A DNA stretch of 64,000 nucleotides from Escherichia phage nomo. Every line of letters begins with the position of its first letter. Within the stretch, counting starts at the first letter, position 1. Position numbers and translations under genes: made by a program. The stretch lies in the sequence record MN850578.1, one strand, 5' to 3'. Below the pieces are notes generated by a model that saw only the letters and a program-made list of their open reading frames with translations, ran no database searches and was not told the origin of the DNA. Positions 28,260 to 37,359 of the stretch are shown in pieces.

Positions 28260-28523
28260 TCACCCAACAACCATAGCTTCAAAAGGAGTCATGAACGAAT
28301 AAACGGCATCATCATCTGCTTCAGGGAATGCTCCCAAAGACTTCATATCTGAGCCCTTGACAAATACAAGGTTTTGATCAAAGGCTTCTTGGGGGTCAAT
28401 CCGATACATATTTCGTAAAATATCGCTTACCTCCTCATCAAGAGGTGAGTATGCTGTGCACGTTTTTCCGATCAAGCTTTGAGAATCAGGGTATCCACCT
28501 GAAGTTTTAAAATAAACAATCAT
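28260..28523 (-). CDS. hypothetical protein (87 aa)
   Basis: ORF in array. Confidence 0.4.
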   Translation of the reverse strand: MIVYFKTSGGYPDSQSLIGKTCTAYSPLDEEVSDILRNMYRIDPQEAFDQNLVFVKGSDMKSLGAFPEADDDAVYSFMTPFEAMVVG

Positions 28524-28614
28524 ATAGTATCACCTCTGGTAAGAGATTGGGACTCCTTTCCCACAAATAATTACAAATCTTCCTTAGCGAGGAAGTATGC
28601 TAATCCAAGCAGGA

Positions 28615-28884
28615 TTATTCCTCTACAATCTCATACACATCAGGAGTTACAATCAACTCTTCTCCGTTACCCGGTGCAACAAACACCACCAAACCTTCAG
28701 GTGTGTGCTTTTTAGCCATCTCGATAACATCTTCTCGCAGAGCTGGCTCCATCAGATCAAAACCTTCACCTAGGGCATCACGAACCACCTTCATATAGTC
28801 CACTGGTTGTGCTTCAACAATCATGCCTTCAACCAGTCCACAGTTTTTGTCTGCCAGCTCAGTTTTGAATAATTTAATTTTCAT
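28615..28884 (-). CDS. small acidic protein, paralog family A (89 aa)
   Basis: Starts MKIKLFK, ends PDVYEIVEE. Confidence 0.45.
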   Translation of the reverse strand: MKIKLFKTELADKNCGLVEGMIVEAQPVDYMKVVRDALGEGFDLMEPALREDVIEMAKKHTPEGLVVFVAPGNGEELIVTPDVYEIVEE

Positions 28885-29021
28885 TTAGAGGTCTCCTCAA
28901 TTATTTGATATTAATAGCCGTAACCTAACACATTAACTACAACTGCGATTGCAAACATAATTTCAAAGCATGCAATCTCTACATTTGGGACTAATTTCTT
29001 AATCACACCCATTGTAGCACC

Positions 29022-29342
29022 TCATTCTCCAAAGTCAATCTTTACTTTGCCTTTCCCCTTACCTTTCTTTCCACCGCATTTAGCCAGCTGACGTGCTGCG
29101 ACATCTACCATACGGTCAGTTGCCTCGTAAGCATCACTGACTTTAGCCTTGGCAATAACTTCTTTTCCAGAATTGTCAAAAATGAACGCCATAACTTCCT
29201 GGTGATCATTTTCAACTTTTACACTCACACGTGCATAGTTAACAGAGGGATGTAAACGCTCCAGCTTGGACATTTTGCGGGAAATAAAAGATACCATACC
29301 TTCTGTGATTTCTACATTGTTGCCAGTGATTTCAATTTGCAT
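29022..29342 (-). CDS. ribosome hibernation factor homolog (RaiA/YfiA/HPF family)
   Basis: Translation begins MQIEITGNNVEITEG, nearly identical to the conserved N-terminus of bacterial RaiA/HPF (MQLNITGNNVEITEA), with further conserved positions. Confidence 0.75.
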   Translation of the reverse strand: MQIEITGNNVEITEGMVSFISRKMSKLERLHPSVNYARVSVKVENDHQEVMAFIFDNSGKEVIAKAKVSDAYEATDRMVDVAARQLAKCGGKKGKGKGKVKIDFGE

Positions 29343-29426
29343 AACGTGTTCCTTTTAAGGAAGAGGGAATAACTATCTCTCTTTGAAAACAATGATACTA
29401 AATCTGAAGCGTTGTGTCAACAGTTT

Positions 29427-29717
29427 TTACAGCTTGTTGTCGATAGTTTTTAAAATATCCACAGCAAGATCTGCCATTTTTCGAACATACTCTGCAAACT
29501 CAACAGGATCCTTGATCAAAGAATTCACAGGGTCGTACCCTAGAGCGTTTAAAATGGCTGCAGCATCTACAACCTTCTCATCATTTGCGAAGATCTCTCC
29601 GTCAAACTTGTAGGTCCATTTTGAGTCAACCTTAGCAGAGCAGGGTTTGTCCATGCTTGTTACACCATCGTCTTTAAACTCTCCTGCGTTATCAATATTT
29701 AGAATTAAATCCATCAT
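29427..29717 (-). CDS. hypothetical protein (96 aa)
   Basis: ORF in array. Confidence 0.45.
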   Translation of the reverse strand: MMDLILNIDNAGEFKDDGVTSMDKPCSAKVDSKWTYKFDGEIFANDEKVVDAAAILNALGYDPVNSLIKDPVEFAEYVRKMADLAVDILKTIDNKL

Positions 29718-29734
29718 GGTGACACCTCACTGTT

Positions 29735-30133
29735 TCAGTCTAGCTTTTCTTCAACAACCCCATAACTTGGGGCAGAGTCAAGAGCTTTCTGGTTTAAAAG
29801 TGGCGTAGCAGAATCTGCAAACGGTGTCCAAGTTTTTGTTCTGGCATTCCAGTAATGCTTCACTCTGGAATCTGGATGCACTATAACAAAAACTTTTTCA
29901 CTTGTCAACACATTAATTTCTTCTACACCCTTGCTGATAATTTCTCCGTCGTAGCCCCCAGTCTGGTATCCTTCGTACCAGGTTCTTGCATAGGCATAGC
30001 CAGCCTGCCAGCATGCAGCCTCCTCCGAGGTGGAGACTACGTAGAAGTCTTTCTCAAATTCCGGAATACGCCCTTGCTTTACGCTCCAAGCTCCGCGAAT
30101 TTTCATTGTTACTTTGAAAAGCTTGTTCTTCAT
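29735..30133 (-). CDS. hypothetical protein, paralog family B (132 aa)
   Basis: HPDSRVKHYWNARTKTWTP matches HPHSNIAYYWDVLNNEWTP of 27528-27923. Confidence 0.45.
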   Translation of the reverse strand: MKNKLFKVTMKIRGAWSVKQGRIPEFEKDFYVVSTSEEAACWQAGYAYARTWYEGYQTGGYDGEIISKGVEEINVLTSEKVFVIVHPDSRVKHYWNARTKTWTPFADSATPLLNQKALDSAPSYGVVEEKLD

Positions 30134-30134
30134 A

Positions 30135-30389
30135 CTACCGCTCTACAATCTCTACGTCTGTTCCTACACCGAAGGCATAGTAATGTTCTTCCCCAAAGTA
30201 ATACTTGGGGACACCCGCTTTGATCAGATCTAACCCGCGAATAAATACCACACCGTGTGATACAGTGGAATGCTTCTGACGCACAGGATCGTTGTCAGGC
30301 AACCATTCAAAGTACACCGCAGGTACAACCTTTCCCTTCAGGAAGGATTGTCCCAAGTAGACGTTAGAATCAAGAATTTTAACCTTCAT
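30135..30389 (-). CDS. small acidic protein, paralog family A (84 aa)
   Basis: Starts MKVKILDSNVYLGQ, ends TDVEIVER. Confidence 0.5.
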   Translation of the reverse strand: MKVKILDSNVYLGQSFLKGKVVPAVYFEWLPDNDPVRQKHSTVSHGVVFIRGLDLIKAGVPKYYFGEEHYYAFGVGTDVEIVER

Positions 30390-30606
30390 TCTCGTCCTCC
30401 ACTATCTCTACATCCTCACCAAGGGCAAAGTTGTAGGTCCACTGGCTGTCAAAGCAGTCCTGAGATGCACCAGCGGCAATAAGATCTGCACCTTTTATTT
30501 TTAAAAGGTCAGGATAATCTTCGTTAGGGATAGCGGTAAACACTTTCCCCACTAAGGGCTCCTGACCAATATAGAAGCTTGAATCTAAAACTTTAACTTT
30601 CATCAA
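30379..30606 (-). CDS. small acidic protein, paralog family A (75 aa)
   Basis: Starts MMKVKVLDSSFYIGQ, ends EDVEIVEDENEG. Confidence 0.5.
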   Translation of the reverse strand: MMKVKVLDSSFYIGQEPLVGKVFTAIPNEDYPDLLKIKGADLIAAGASQDCFDSQWTYNFALGEDVEIVEDENEG

Positions 30607-30890
30607 CGGTCTCCCTCAGGCGGTTGTGGGACGTAAACACTGTTACGAATATCGTCAGCAGTGTAGTAATAAGTGGTTCCAACCCTATCTCGGGCTGCAA
30701 TGTACTCTGCTATACCAACAAGTGCCATTGATTTGGTGGCGTATCTTCCCCACTCGTTAGCTCCCCAGTAGAATTTAGACCAGTAGGGAATAAGACCGAA
30801 CAAATATACCTTTTGACGAACTTCCCAGTAAGTGCCTTTTCCGACAAGTTTAAACTCTACTTCACTACTGTTAATCTTTTTCATTATCAA
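30603..30890 (-). CDS. hypothetical protein (95 aa)
   Basis: ATGA overlap with neighbours. Confidence 0.45.
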   Translation of the reverse strand: MIMKKINSSEVEFKLVGKGTYWEVRQKVYLFGLIPYWSKFYWGANEWGRYATKSMALVGIAEYIAARDRVGTTYYYTADDIRNSVYVPQPPEGDR

Positions 30891-31183
30891 TCTCCCTCTA
30901 CCGTGGTCGGATTGTCAGTAAGAAATTGAGCATTGGCTGGAGGCACGCCTGACATTTTCCACACAACCATAAGTTTATAACCAGGCACTCTATTAAGTGC
31001 AGATCGAGTAGAGTTTGTGCACGTATACTTTCGCTTTCCAAACCCGTTCTCCATCATAATCCAGTACCCAGTATCTTTGTCACCAGGTATCGGTAGACCA
31101 CCTTCATCAACCCACTGAATTGACCACGGCACGATGGCTACAGCTTTATATTTAAACTTTTTAAACCACTCAAAAAGTTTCAT
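30887..31183 (-). CDS. hypothetical protein (98 aa)
   Basis: ORF in array. Confidence 0.45.
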   Translation of the reverse strand: MKLFEWFKKFKYKAVAIVPWSIQWVDEGGLPIPGDKDTGYWIMMENGFGKRKYTCTNSTRSALNRVPGYKLMVVWKMSGVPPANAQFLTDNPTTVEGD

Positions 31184-31278
31184 AATTCAGCCCCGCATAG
31201 ACATAATCACTATAAACAGGCAAACAATGAATCCGAATGCCACGCCACCCATAAACGTTAATATTGATGCAATCATAG

Positions 31279-31464
31279 TCAATCAGCCTCGCCTGGCAAC
31301 TCTTCTACCTTAACATGCCGAAAAGTGTTACCGTAATGGTTGATCCATGACATCAGCTCACTTTCTTGCTCTTCCTCTGGGATGAACTCTCGAATACTGA
31401 CAAGTTTTAAGAAAACCCAATCACAATCTGCACCCATTCTACCAGACAGACAATAGTGCTTCAT
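31279..31464 (-). CDS. hypothetical protein (61 aa)
   Basis: Strong RBS gggaggg upstream of ATG at 31464. Confidence 0.4.
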   Translation of the reverse strand: MKHYCLSGRMGADCDWVFLKLVSIREFIPEEEQESELMSWINHYGNTFRHVKVEELPGEAD

Positions 31465-31483
31465 AAAAACCCTCCCGCCCGGT

Positions 31484-31678
31484 TTAGAATATTGCTTCTT
31501 CCATTGCGCCTGAGAGCAACAAAGAGGTGATCTGGCTAACATTCATCTCAGACTCTACTTCCTCCCCTTTGAAAGGTTCGCGGCAGAATAGGACTGTTTC
31601 AGGACTTTTACTTCGAACAATATAATACAAATCATTCAATGTGTTGTAGTAATAAGTGTTAAAACGTAAGTTTTTCAT
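31484..31678 (-). CDS. hypothetical protein (64 aa)
   Basis: ORF in array. Confidence 0.4.
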   Translation of the reverse strand: MKNLRFNTYYYNTLNDLYYIVRSKSPETVLFCREPFKGEEVESEMNVSQITSLLLSGAMEEAIF

Positions 31679-31962
31679 TTTCTAGTCCTCTTCTTAGATT
31701 TTTGGGGAGAAACGCTTTCTGCAATACGAGACAGACGTTCTTCTGAAGCCTTACCTACTCCAGGTTTTTTGAGTGGATTATCTTTATGACCACAATCCAA
31801 CTGGATATTGGATACCTCTCCAACTTTGTAAGTCAATTCTAGCAAAAGGTTGTCGTCCTTGTCAAATGTTTTTACGATAAATTTTTTATCGTTCTCCTGA
31901 ACTTCATATCTGGTACCTGCAGTATACAGCATGGTGCCATCAGCATAGGATATCCAGATCAT
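31675..31962 (-). CDS. hypothetical protein (95 aa)
   Basis: ATGA overlap with neighbours. Confidence 0.45.
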   Translation of the reverse strand: MIWISYADGTMLYTAGTRYEVQENDKKFIVKTFDKDDNLLLELTYKVGEVSNIQLDCGHKDNPLKKPGVGKASEERLSRIAESVSPQKSKKRTRK

Positions 31963-32306
31963 TGAGCCTCCTTTTGCTGCAACAGCATTAACTCTTTGTT
32001 AGAGATCTTTACTGCTGTTTTTATTGTTCCATCTTCACGAAACCACGACCAGAACTCTACAGTGTCACCACTATCAAGTAAAGCATGCCCATGGTAAAAA
32101 TCTTTGTCCTTAGACAGTTTCTCATCTATATCTGCATCAACACATTCGTGATCCAGAGCATTTTGCCTGAACGCATCGGTTATGCCAATGCACGCCTTGC
32201 TCTCAAGACTGGTATATCCGATATCTTTTAATTCAGTTTCCCAAGTCCAGTACCCTATAAAAGCTAAAACAGCTACCCACAGTAATAACGTTTTAATCTT
32301 TGGCAT
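31959..32306 (-). CDS. hypothetical exported or membrane protein (115 aa)
   Basis: N-terminal hydrophobic segment MPKIKTLLLWVAVLAFIGYWTW. Confidence 0.45.
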   Translation of the reverse strand: MPKIKTLLLWVAVLAFIGYWTWETELKDIGYTSLESKACIGITDAFRQNALDHECVDADIDEKLSKDKDFYHGHALLDSGDTVEFWSWFREDGTIKTAVKISNKELMLLQQKEAQ

Positions 32307-32368
32307 TCTCTCTACCTCTTTCTTAGTTTATTTCACTATGGCATATCCTTTGTGCCATATCTCAACTA

Positions 32369-32839
32369 CTACTTAAATAGTAGTTCAAAATAGTGCAAAA
32401 TTAACAGAAGTTGAACTACACCTAGTGCAACGGCGAGTATGTTAATCTTAGAATCGAAAAACTTCTTAACTTTTACTCTAAAAGGTTCCTTAATGTCCTT
32501 TACGATCCTATCTATAGATGACCTCATATCTCTGATTACCATCCTGAACATTAAAGACGGATGCTCCCCCATCTCTGTAACGGAATCGAAAACATACTCT
32601 CTTCGGTCATAAGGGCCGCCAGCTCTGCGTATTAACCTCTCCACAGAGACCTCGAACGTCACACCTGTAACGTAATCATCTATAACAAGTCGTGACGGGT
32701 CTTTACCTTTACTATCAAGAGGTATCAAAGTTATCTTTCCAGATTTTGTTAAAATTTCCCCTTTTTCAAGCAAGGTGTACCAATGCTCTCTGCCAAGACT
32801 GTTGAGGCACGTTTTTACATATTTAACAAACATCGTCAC
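32369..32839 (-). CDS. hypothetical protein with C-terminal TM helix (156 aa)
   Basis: C-terminal INILAVALGVVQLLLILHYF hydrophobic segment. Confidence 0.45.
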   Translation of the reverse strand: MTMFVKYVKTCLNSLGREHWYTLLEKGEILTKSGKITLIPLDSKGKDPSRLVIDDYVTGVTFEVSVERLIRRAGGPYDRREYVFDSVTEMGEHPSLMFRMVIRDMRSSIDRIVKDIKEPFRVKVKKFFDSKINILAVALGVVQLLLILHYFELLFK

Positions 32840-33039
32840 CCCTCATCGCACGTCTGATATAACCACTCTATAAAATCTTGATACCATTCGCCCTCTGAGC
32901 GCTCCGTAGGCCAATAATCTTCACCCTCTCGTGCATTAAAATCTGAGTATTCAACTTTCCACTCCTTTACCAGCTCGTGGAGAAGGTTTTCAGCCTGCTC
33001 TAAAGATTTATTTTTTACCATTACTGTCTCCTTTTTCAA
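32836..33039 (-). CDS. hypothetical protein (67 aa)
   Basis: ATGA overlap with downstream gene. Confidence 0.4.
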   Translation of the reverse strand: MKKETVMVKNKSLEQAENLLHELVKEWKVEYSDFNAREGEDYWPTERSEGEWYQDFIEWLYQTCDEG

Positions 33040-33240
33040 GATAGTTATACATCAGAACTGCACCACCTAAGATGGCTACCAGTAACAATATCCCAGATAG
33101 CATCTCAATAAACATGGCTTGAAACACTGGAAGGTCTCCCTAAATTAACGCACCATTTTAAATACATGCTCTTTTCCCATAAAGGTGCCTGGCTAAGATC
33201 TGCGTAGAACGCAATCTCTTTAAGAACAGTATAGATAGTT

Positions 33241-33468
33241 TTAGGTGCGGTCTCCATCCCTACTCTCCTTCCTGATATTCTTGTAGTAATCAACTAGGCA
33301 CATTATTACGATGAAGATAACAACAGGCCAAAAAGGTGCAGCAGTGATGATGGTGATAAAATCATCAAACTTCACCCTTCGTCTGGACACGATGCATACA
33401 CCTGTCAAGAATACCGCTGTTATAACGGACATTACCAGGTAACCTATTAGCACAACATTTATACTCAT
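33241..33468 (-). CDS. hypothetical membrane protein (75 aa, two TM helices)
   Basis: Two hydrophobic helices in translation. Confidence 0.45.
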   Translation of the reverse strand: MSINVVLIGYLVMSVITAVFLTGVCIVSRRRVKFDDFITIITAAPFWPVVIFIVIMCLVDYYKNIRKESRDGDRT

Positions 33469-33498
33469 TGGTCCTCCCTTTGTAGGTTAAATTGTATA

Positions 33499-34032
33499 CT
33501 ACAAATGGTCGCTGAGGGTGTCAAGAAAATTATCCCGTTCTTTCTCAGAGTTTTCATGTGTGTAGCTGAAAAACATATCGAGAATAACCTTATTGATATA
33601 TTCCAGCTCCTCTGTGTTCAGATGCTTAGCAGGATCTACAATGACATCCCAAATATCATACAGACCACACTCATGATACCCATAACGCCACTCAATTGTC
33701 AAGCTGAGCGGCAAATCTTTACCTTCACAAACAACCTTCCATCTACATATGTTGGTATCTGGTCGTACCTGTGCACGGTACACCTGCACAAAATCCAATT
33801 TGAATTTGAGGTACTCGTCATACAATTTAAGCACAAAGCTCTCGATTTGTGGAGACACTTTTGCAGCAAACTGTGCGTATTTGTACTTGCACTGGATGAT
33901 CTTTCTGCGTTTTGCAGTTAAATTTTTTGCCGCCAGTTGTTCTTCAGTGTATCTCCACCTACGATCAACAAACGCAACAGGGTCTTTGTCCCCATATAGG
34001 TCTTCCCAGTTAATCAGAAGCATACCTGTCAC
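33499..34032 (-). CDS. hypothetical protein (177 aa)
   Basis: ORF in array. Confidence 0.5.
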   Translation of the reverse strand: MTGMLLINWEDLYGDKDPVAFVDRRWRYTEEQLAAKNLTAKRRKIIQCKYKYAQFAAKVSPQIESFVLKLYDEYLKFKLDFVQVYRAQVRPDTNICRWKVVCEGKDLPLSLTIEWRYGYHECGLYDIWDVIVDPAKHLNTEELEYINKVILDMFFSYTHENSEKERDNFLDTLSDHL

Positions 34033-34262
34033 TCCTCCACAACTTCAAGGCCTTTACCGCCTCGCTCTGGCAGATTACTTAAAGATAGGTAATACATATA
34101 ATCAGGAGAGATCCTGCCAGACTCTGCACCTGCAGCTAGTAAATCCTTCCCTTTAACCAGGACAACATTCTCGTTTGCAGATAGCCGTTTTGCTTCCACA
34201 ATTTTACCAACACAGTCAACCAAGGAAGGGTACCCTAAATCTGTAAGAAATTTAACTTTCAT
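34029..34262 (-). CDS. small acidic protein, paralog family A (77 aa)
   Basis: Starts MKVKFLTDLGY, ends GLEVVEE. Confidence 0.45.
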   Translation of the reverse strand: MKVKFLTDLGYPSLVDCVGKIVEAKRLSANENVVLVKGKDLLAAGAESGRISPDYMYYLSLSNLPERGGKGLEVVEE

Positions 34263-34299
34263 GCTACCTCCTACCTACCGTCCCTGGTGAGATAAATTA

Positions 34300-34698
34300 T
34301 TACTGAACAGAGCGCGGTGCTGGGAAGGATAACTCTTCTAAAGAGAAGATTTCATTTCCTACCACCCAAGTTGCTGGGTCATCTGGATCAACAGGTTGGA
34401 TAATCATTACCTCATCCGCCTCGCACACACGTTTCCCACCCATAGTAGCGTCAGCCACTAACATACGCGGCTCTTCAGAAATGCACAGGTAGCCACCTCG
34501 GCCCACTGTTCCTTCCACGGGATCCTGCCCTTTGACCACAATGAATACCTTCTCTCCTGTGGCGATATTACTTTTCACACTAACAGTTTGACCAACTTTA
34601 GATGTACCGATCTTGGTGGCTTCAAACATTAAATCCCGAATTACTGTTGCATAGTTGCCGGACACTTTCTTACCTTCTTTAGTAATCTCAATCTTCAT
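34300..34698 (-). CDS. hypothetical protein (132 aa)
   Basis: ORF with RBS; MKIEIT N-terminus. Confidence 0.45.
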   Translation of the reverse strand: MKIEITKEGKKVSGNYATVIRDLMFEATKIGTSKVGQTVSVKSNIATGEKVFIVVKGQDPVEGTVGRGGYLCISEEPRMLVADATMGGKRVCEADEVMIIQPVDPDDPATWVVGNEIFSLEELSFPAPRSVQ

Positions 34699-34970
34699 AA
34701 TCTAGGCTCCTTAAATGAATCTATGTAATCAATTAAATCCCAAGCATCGCGATGGGCTGTCAGAGGGTATACTTCTCCGAGAGGGATCATAGCAATAAGT
34801 CTATCAAAAACCCAGTCTGGACGCAACATTTTATGGTGATATTCCCACTCACCTTCCACAGATTTTTTCTCAGTGATCAGGATCTCTGTGTAGTGTTTCG
34901 CCTGTCTTGAGTAGATTGAAAATGACTTGTACATAAATGACCCCCTCTTGTTGAAAACAACAATACACAA
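34695..34970 (-). CDS. hypothetical protein (91 aa)
   Basis: ATGA overlap. Confidence 0.45.
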   Translation of the reverse strand: MCIVVFNKRGSFMYKSFSIYSRQAKHYTEILITEKKSVEGEWEYHHKMLRPDWVFDRLIAMIPLGEVYPLTAHRDAWDLIDYIDSFKEPRL

Positions 34971-35285
34971 CTACCAGGTTACTGTCAAGTAGGCAACCGT
35001 ATTATTTTTCTCTGGGGAGATGCCAACAACATCTACCTGCAGACCTCCTGCCCTTAAATCTCCAACAATGTGCGGGAAGTAATCTGAGAGATGCGAGGGT
35101 AGATTTATCGAAAATCCGCACCCCAGAAAGCCTGCTAACGCTTTATTTTGTATCTCCCCTACAATCGCATCATAAATGGAGTTAAGCTCGTCAGGGAGCG
35201 TTACAGGACGTTTTAGCGCTAACTGGTGTAATTTGTCCTTAGCACTCATTTTCATTTCAGGTCTACCTCTGGTGGTGCCAACCAC
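34971..35285 (-). CDS. hypothetical protein (104 aa)
   Basis: ORF in array. Confidence 0.45.
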   Translation of the reverse strand: MVGTTRGRPEMKMSAKDKLHQLALKRPVTLPDELNSIYDAIVGEIQNKALAGFLGCGFSINLPSHLSDYFPHIVGDLRAGGLQVDVVGISPEKNNTVAYLTVTW

Positions 35286-35785
35286 ATAAATGGCGGCAAG
35301 CCTAAACGGTTTTTCTTATCCCACACAAAATATGCATATGCTTGCCCGTCAGTTCTGCCATTTGATTGAAAAGATGGACGCTTAGATATTGTGATCACAG
35401 TGGTAGGTGCATTATCAAGCCACCATTCAAATCTGGCTTTGCTTTCCAGAAAATTAAGACGCAAAAGCATAATAACTACGTCAGCATCTTTCAACGCCTT
35501 GTCTACAAACTCACGAGCCAAACTGTATGGTGGGTTGGTGATAATACAGTCAACATGGTTGTATTCTGTATTCAGATAGTCAACACCTTCTTGGATTTCT
35601 CCCCATGCAGATCCTAACGGCATACGGGAGTAGAACACACCTGAGGCACTATTCCTGCAAGGCTCTAAGTAGGTCCAGTCTTCTGGGAACGGAATAAGGT
35701 CATACAGCCCTTCTGCACACCACTCCGGTGTCACATACTCATCGTAGGCGTTACGTTGTTCATCAGGTTTTCGAGCACAAGTCAT
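35252..35785 (-). CDS. DNA N6-adenine methyltransferase, small phage Dam-like
   Basis: Translation contains IITNPPY (motif IV NPPY of amino-methyltransferases) in a ~177-aa protein. Confidence 0.6.
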   Translation of the reverse strand: MTCARKPDEQRNAYDEYVTPEWCAEGLYDLIPFPEDWTYLEPCRNSASGVFYSRMPLGSAWGEIQEGVDYLNTEYNHVDCIITNPPYSLAREFVDKALKDADVVIMLLRLNFLESKARFEWWLDNAPTTVITISKRPSFQSNGRTDGQAYAYFVWDKKNRLGLPPFMWLAPPEVDLK

Positions 35786-35836
35786 GCAAATCTCCAGATC
35801 ATAAAAGCCCTCCGAAGAGGGCTTTAGAATTAATGT

Positions 35837-36886
35837 TTAAGCTTCTTCGACAATCCCTGCACCCAGGATTTTTTCATTGAGCTCTTTTGCTGTTTTAATA
35901 ATATTGTCCACCAGACGCTTGCGAGTCTTATCTTTTACCTTAACCTCTTCACCGCCGTTCAGGGTTGTCTTCAATTGGGACAGAATGTCTTGAAGTTCAA
36001 CGACAGAGAATCGCTGCAGATCTTCTGAGGTAATCTCGCCTAAGGCAATCTTAACGGTCTCACCACTTTCCATCTGCAGGTTCAGGAACACAGTGTGAAC
36101 ATCACCTTTCGAACCACCCGCTTTTGCAGATTCAACAGCATGAACTAGCTCATCTAAAGAGGTGCACTGGTGAATCTCCGGAAGACCTGCTTCACCTAGC
36201 ACACCTTCTTCATCACCTTTTGCCAAAAGCTTTTTAGGTTTTTGTCCGTTCTGGATGCGTTGTATGTTGCCTTCATCCAGAATGATAGCTCCAGTTCGAG
36301 CTGCCAGCTCCTCTCCGTCCAACCACACTTCGCCACCAGCTGTGATGGATGCGATCTCATCTTCTGTCAGCACCCAACCGTAGTATTTTTCGATCAGGCG
36401 TTCGAAACGTTTTTTCCAGTAGCTGACCTGAGTATTCATGTTCACACCATTGCCATAAGTGCCGCCTTGATAGTAGTGGAACATAAACTCTGTGTCCGGA
36501 GCCACAGTGCGTTCTTTGCAACCCAGCCATAGGATTGTTCCAGCAGAGCAGCACATCCCTTCAGCATGTGCAACAACGCTTGCCTGAGACTCGCGGAATG
36601 CCTGTAGATAAGCCATTGCAATGTGCACGCAACCCCCAGGGCTATTGATGATCACACGAATGCTTTCTTCCGGCTGAGCCATACGGATCGTCTGCAGACG
36701 AGACATATGATCCTGCAGGTCCTCCAAATCGTCGATATAAAGAACGTGGTCAACAACAGGTGTTGGGTAGCTGTATGTTTCCATAATACCACCCGGCATA
36801 CCAAACATTTTATTACTCATAGGTTCGAAACCGTTCTGTTTTTCTTTCATGCCGTGTACCATGGTGCTGCGAGGTGTTAAATTCAT
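35837..36886 (-). CDS. ClpP-like serine peptidase (S14/S49 fold) with C-terminal extension
   Basis: INSPGG motif identical to the ClpP oxyanion-hole region; downstream GMCCSAGT resembles the catalytic Ser segment. Confidence 0.5.
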   Translation of the reverse strand: MNLTPRSTMVHGMKEKQNGFEPMSNKMFGMPGGIMETYSYPTPVVDHVLYIDDLEDLQDHMSRLQTIRMAQPEESIRVIINSPGGCVHIAMAYLQAFRESQASVVAHAEGMCCSAGTILWLGCKERTVAPDTEFMFHYYQGGTYGNGVNMNTQVSYWKKRFERLIEKYYGWVLTEDEIASITAGGEVWLDGEELAARTGAIILDEGNIQRIQNGQKPKKLLAKGDEEGVLGEAGLPEIHQCTSLDELVHAVESAKAGGSKGDVHTVFLNLQMESGETVKIALGEITSEDLQRFSVVELQDILSQLKTTLNGGEEVKVKDKTRKRLVDNIIKTAKELNEKILGAGIVEEA

Positions 36887-36946
36887 GAGAAATCCTTAAT
36901 ATTGGAAGTTGAAAGCTATTTATTTAAACCTGATTCACATTTACCT

Positions 36947-37258
36947 TTATTTAGCAATCACTATGGAATACTTACGATTGTCAGAAGCATCACAACTCAA
37001 TGATTGCCAGTCTACCACATACCACGTATCATTGTCAACAATTACTTTATCGCCTGTTCTGTAGCAGATGCTGCTTTCAATAATTCGAGACTCGATAAAG
37101 AATCTGTGTCGGCGCTCACGTAGCAACGCTAAGTTGATTATGTTACCACCGCTGTCCTTGATCCACACATTCTTGGATCCTTTATTTGCCAAAATTGTCT
37201 CGCCGTTATAGACAAACAGGCAGTATATTTTATTCAGTTTCTCTTGTATTGTAGCCAT
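36947..37258 (-). CDS. hypothetical protein (103 aa)
   Basis: ORF in array. Confidence 0.4.
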   Translation of the reverse strand: MATIQEKLNKIYCLFVYNGETILANKGSKNVWIKDSGGNIINLALLRERRHRFFIESRIIESSICYRTGDKVIVDNDTWYVVDWQSLSCDASDNRKYSIVIAK

Positions 37259-37359
37259 ACTGTCCTTCTCTCTGTTTTGTCCGATAATAATATCTAAAGT
37301 TTACCTATTTGTCAACAACTGTTTTAGATATTTAAGGGTGGAATAACCACCCTTCTGTA

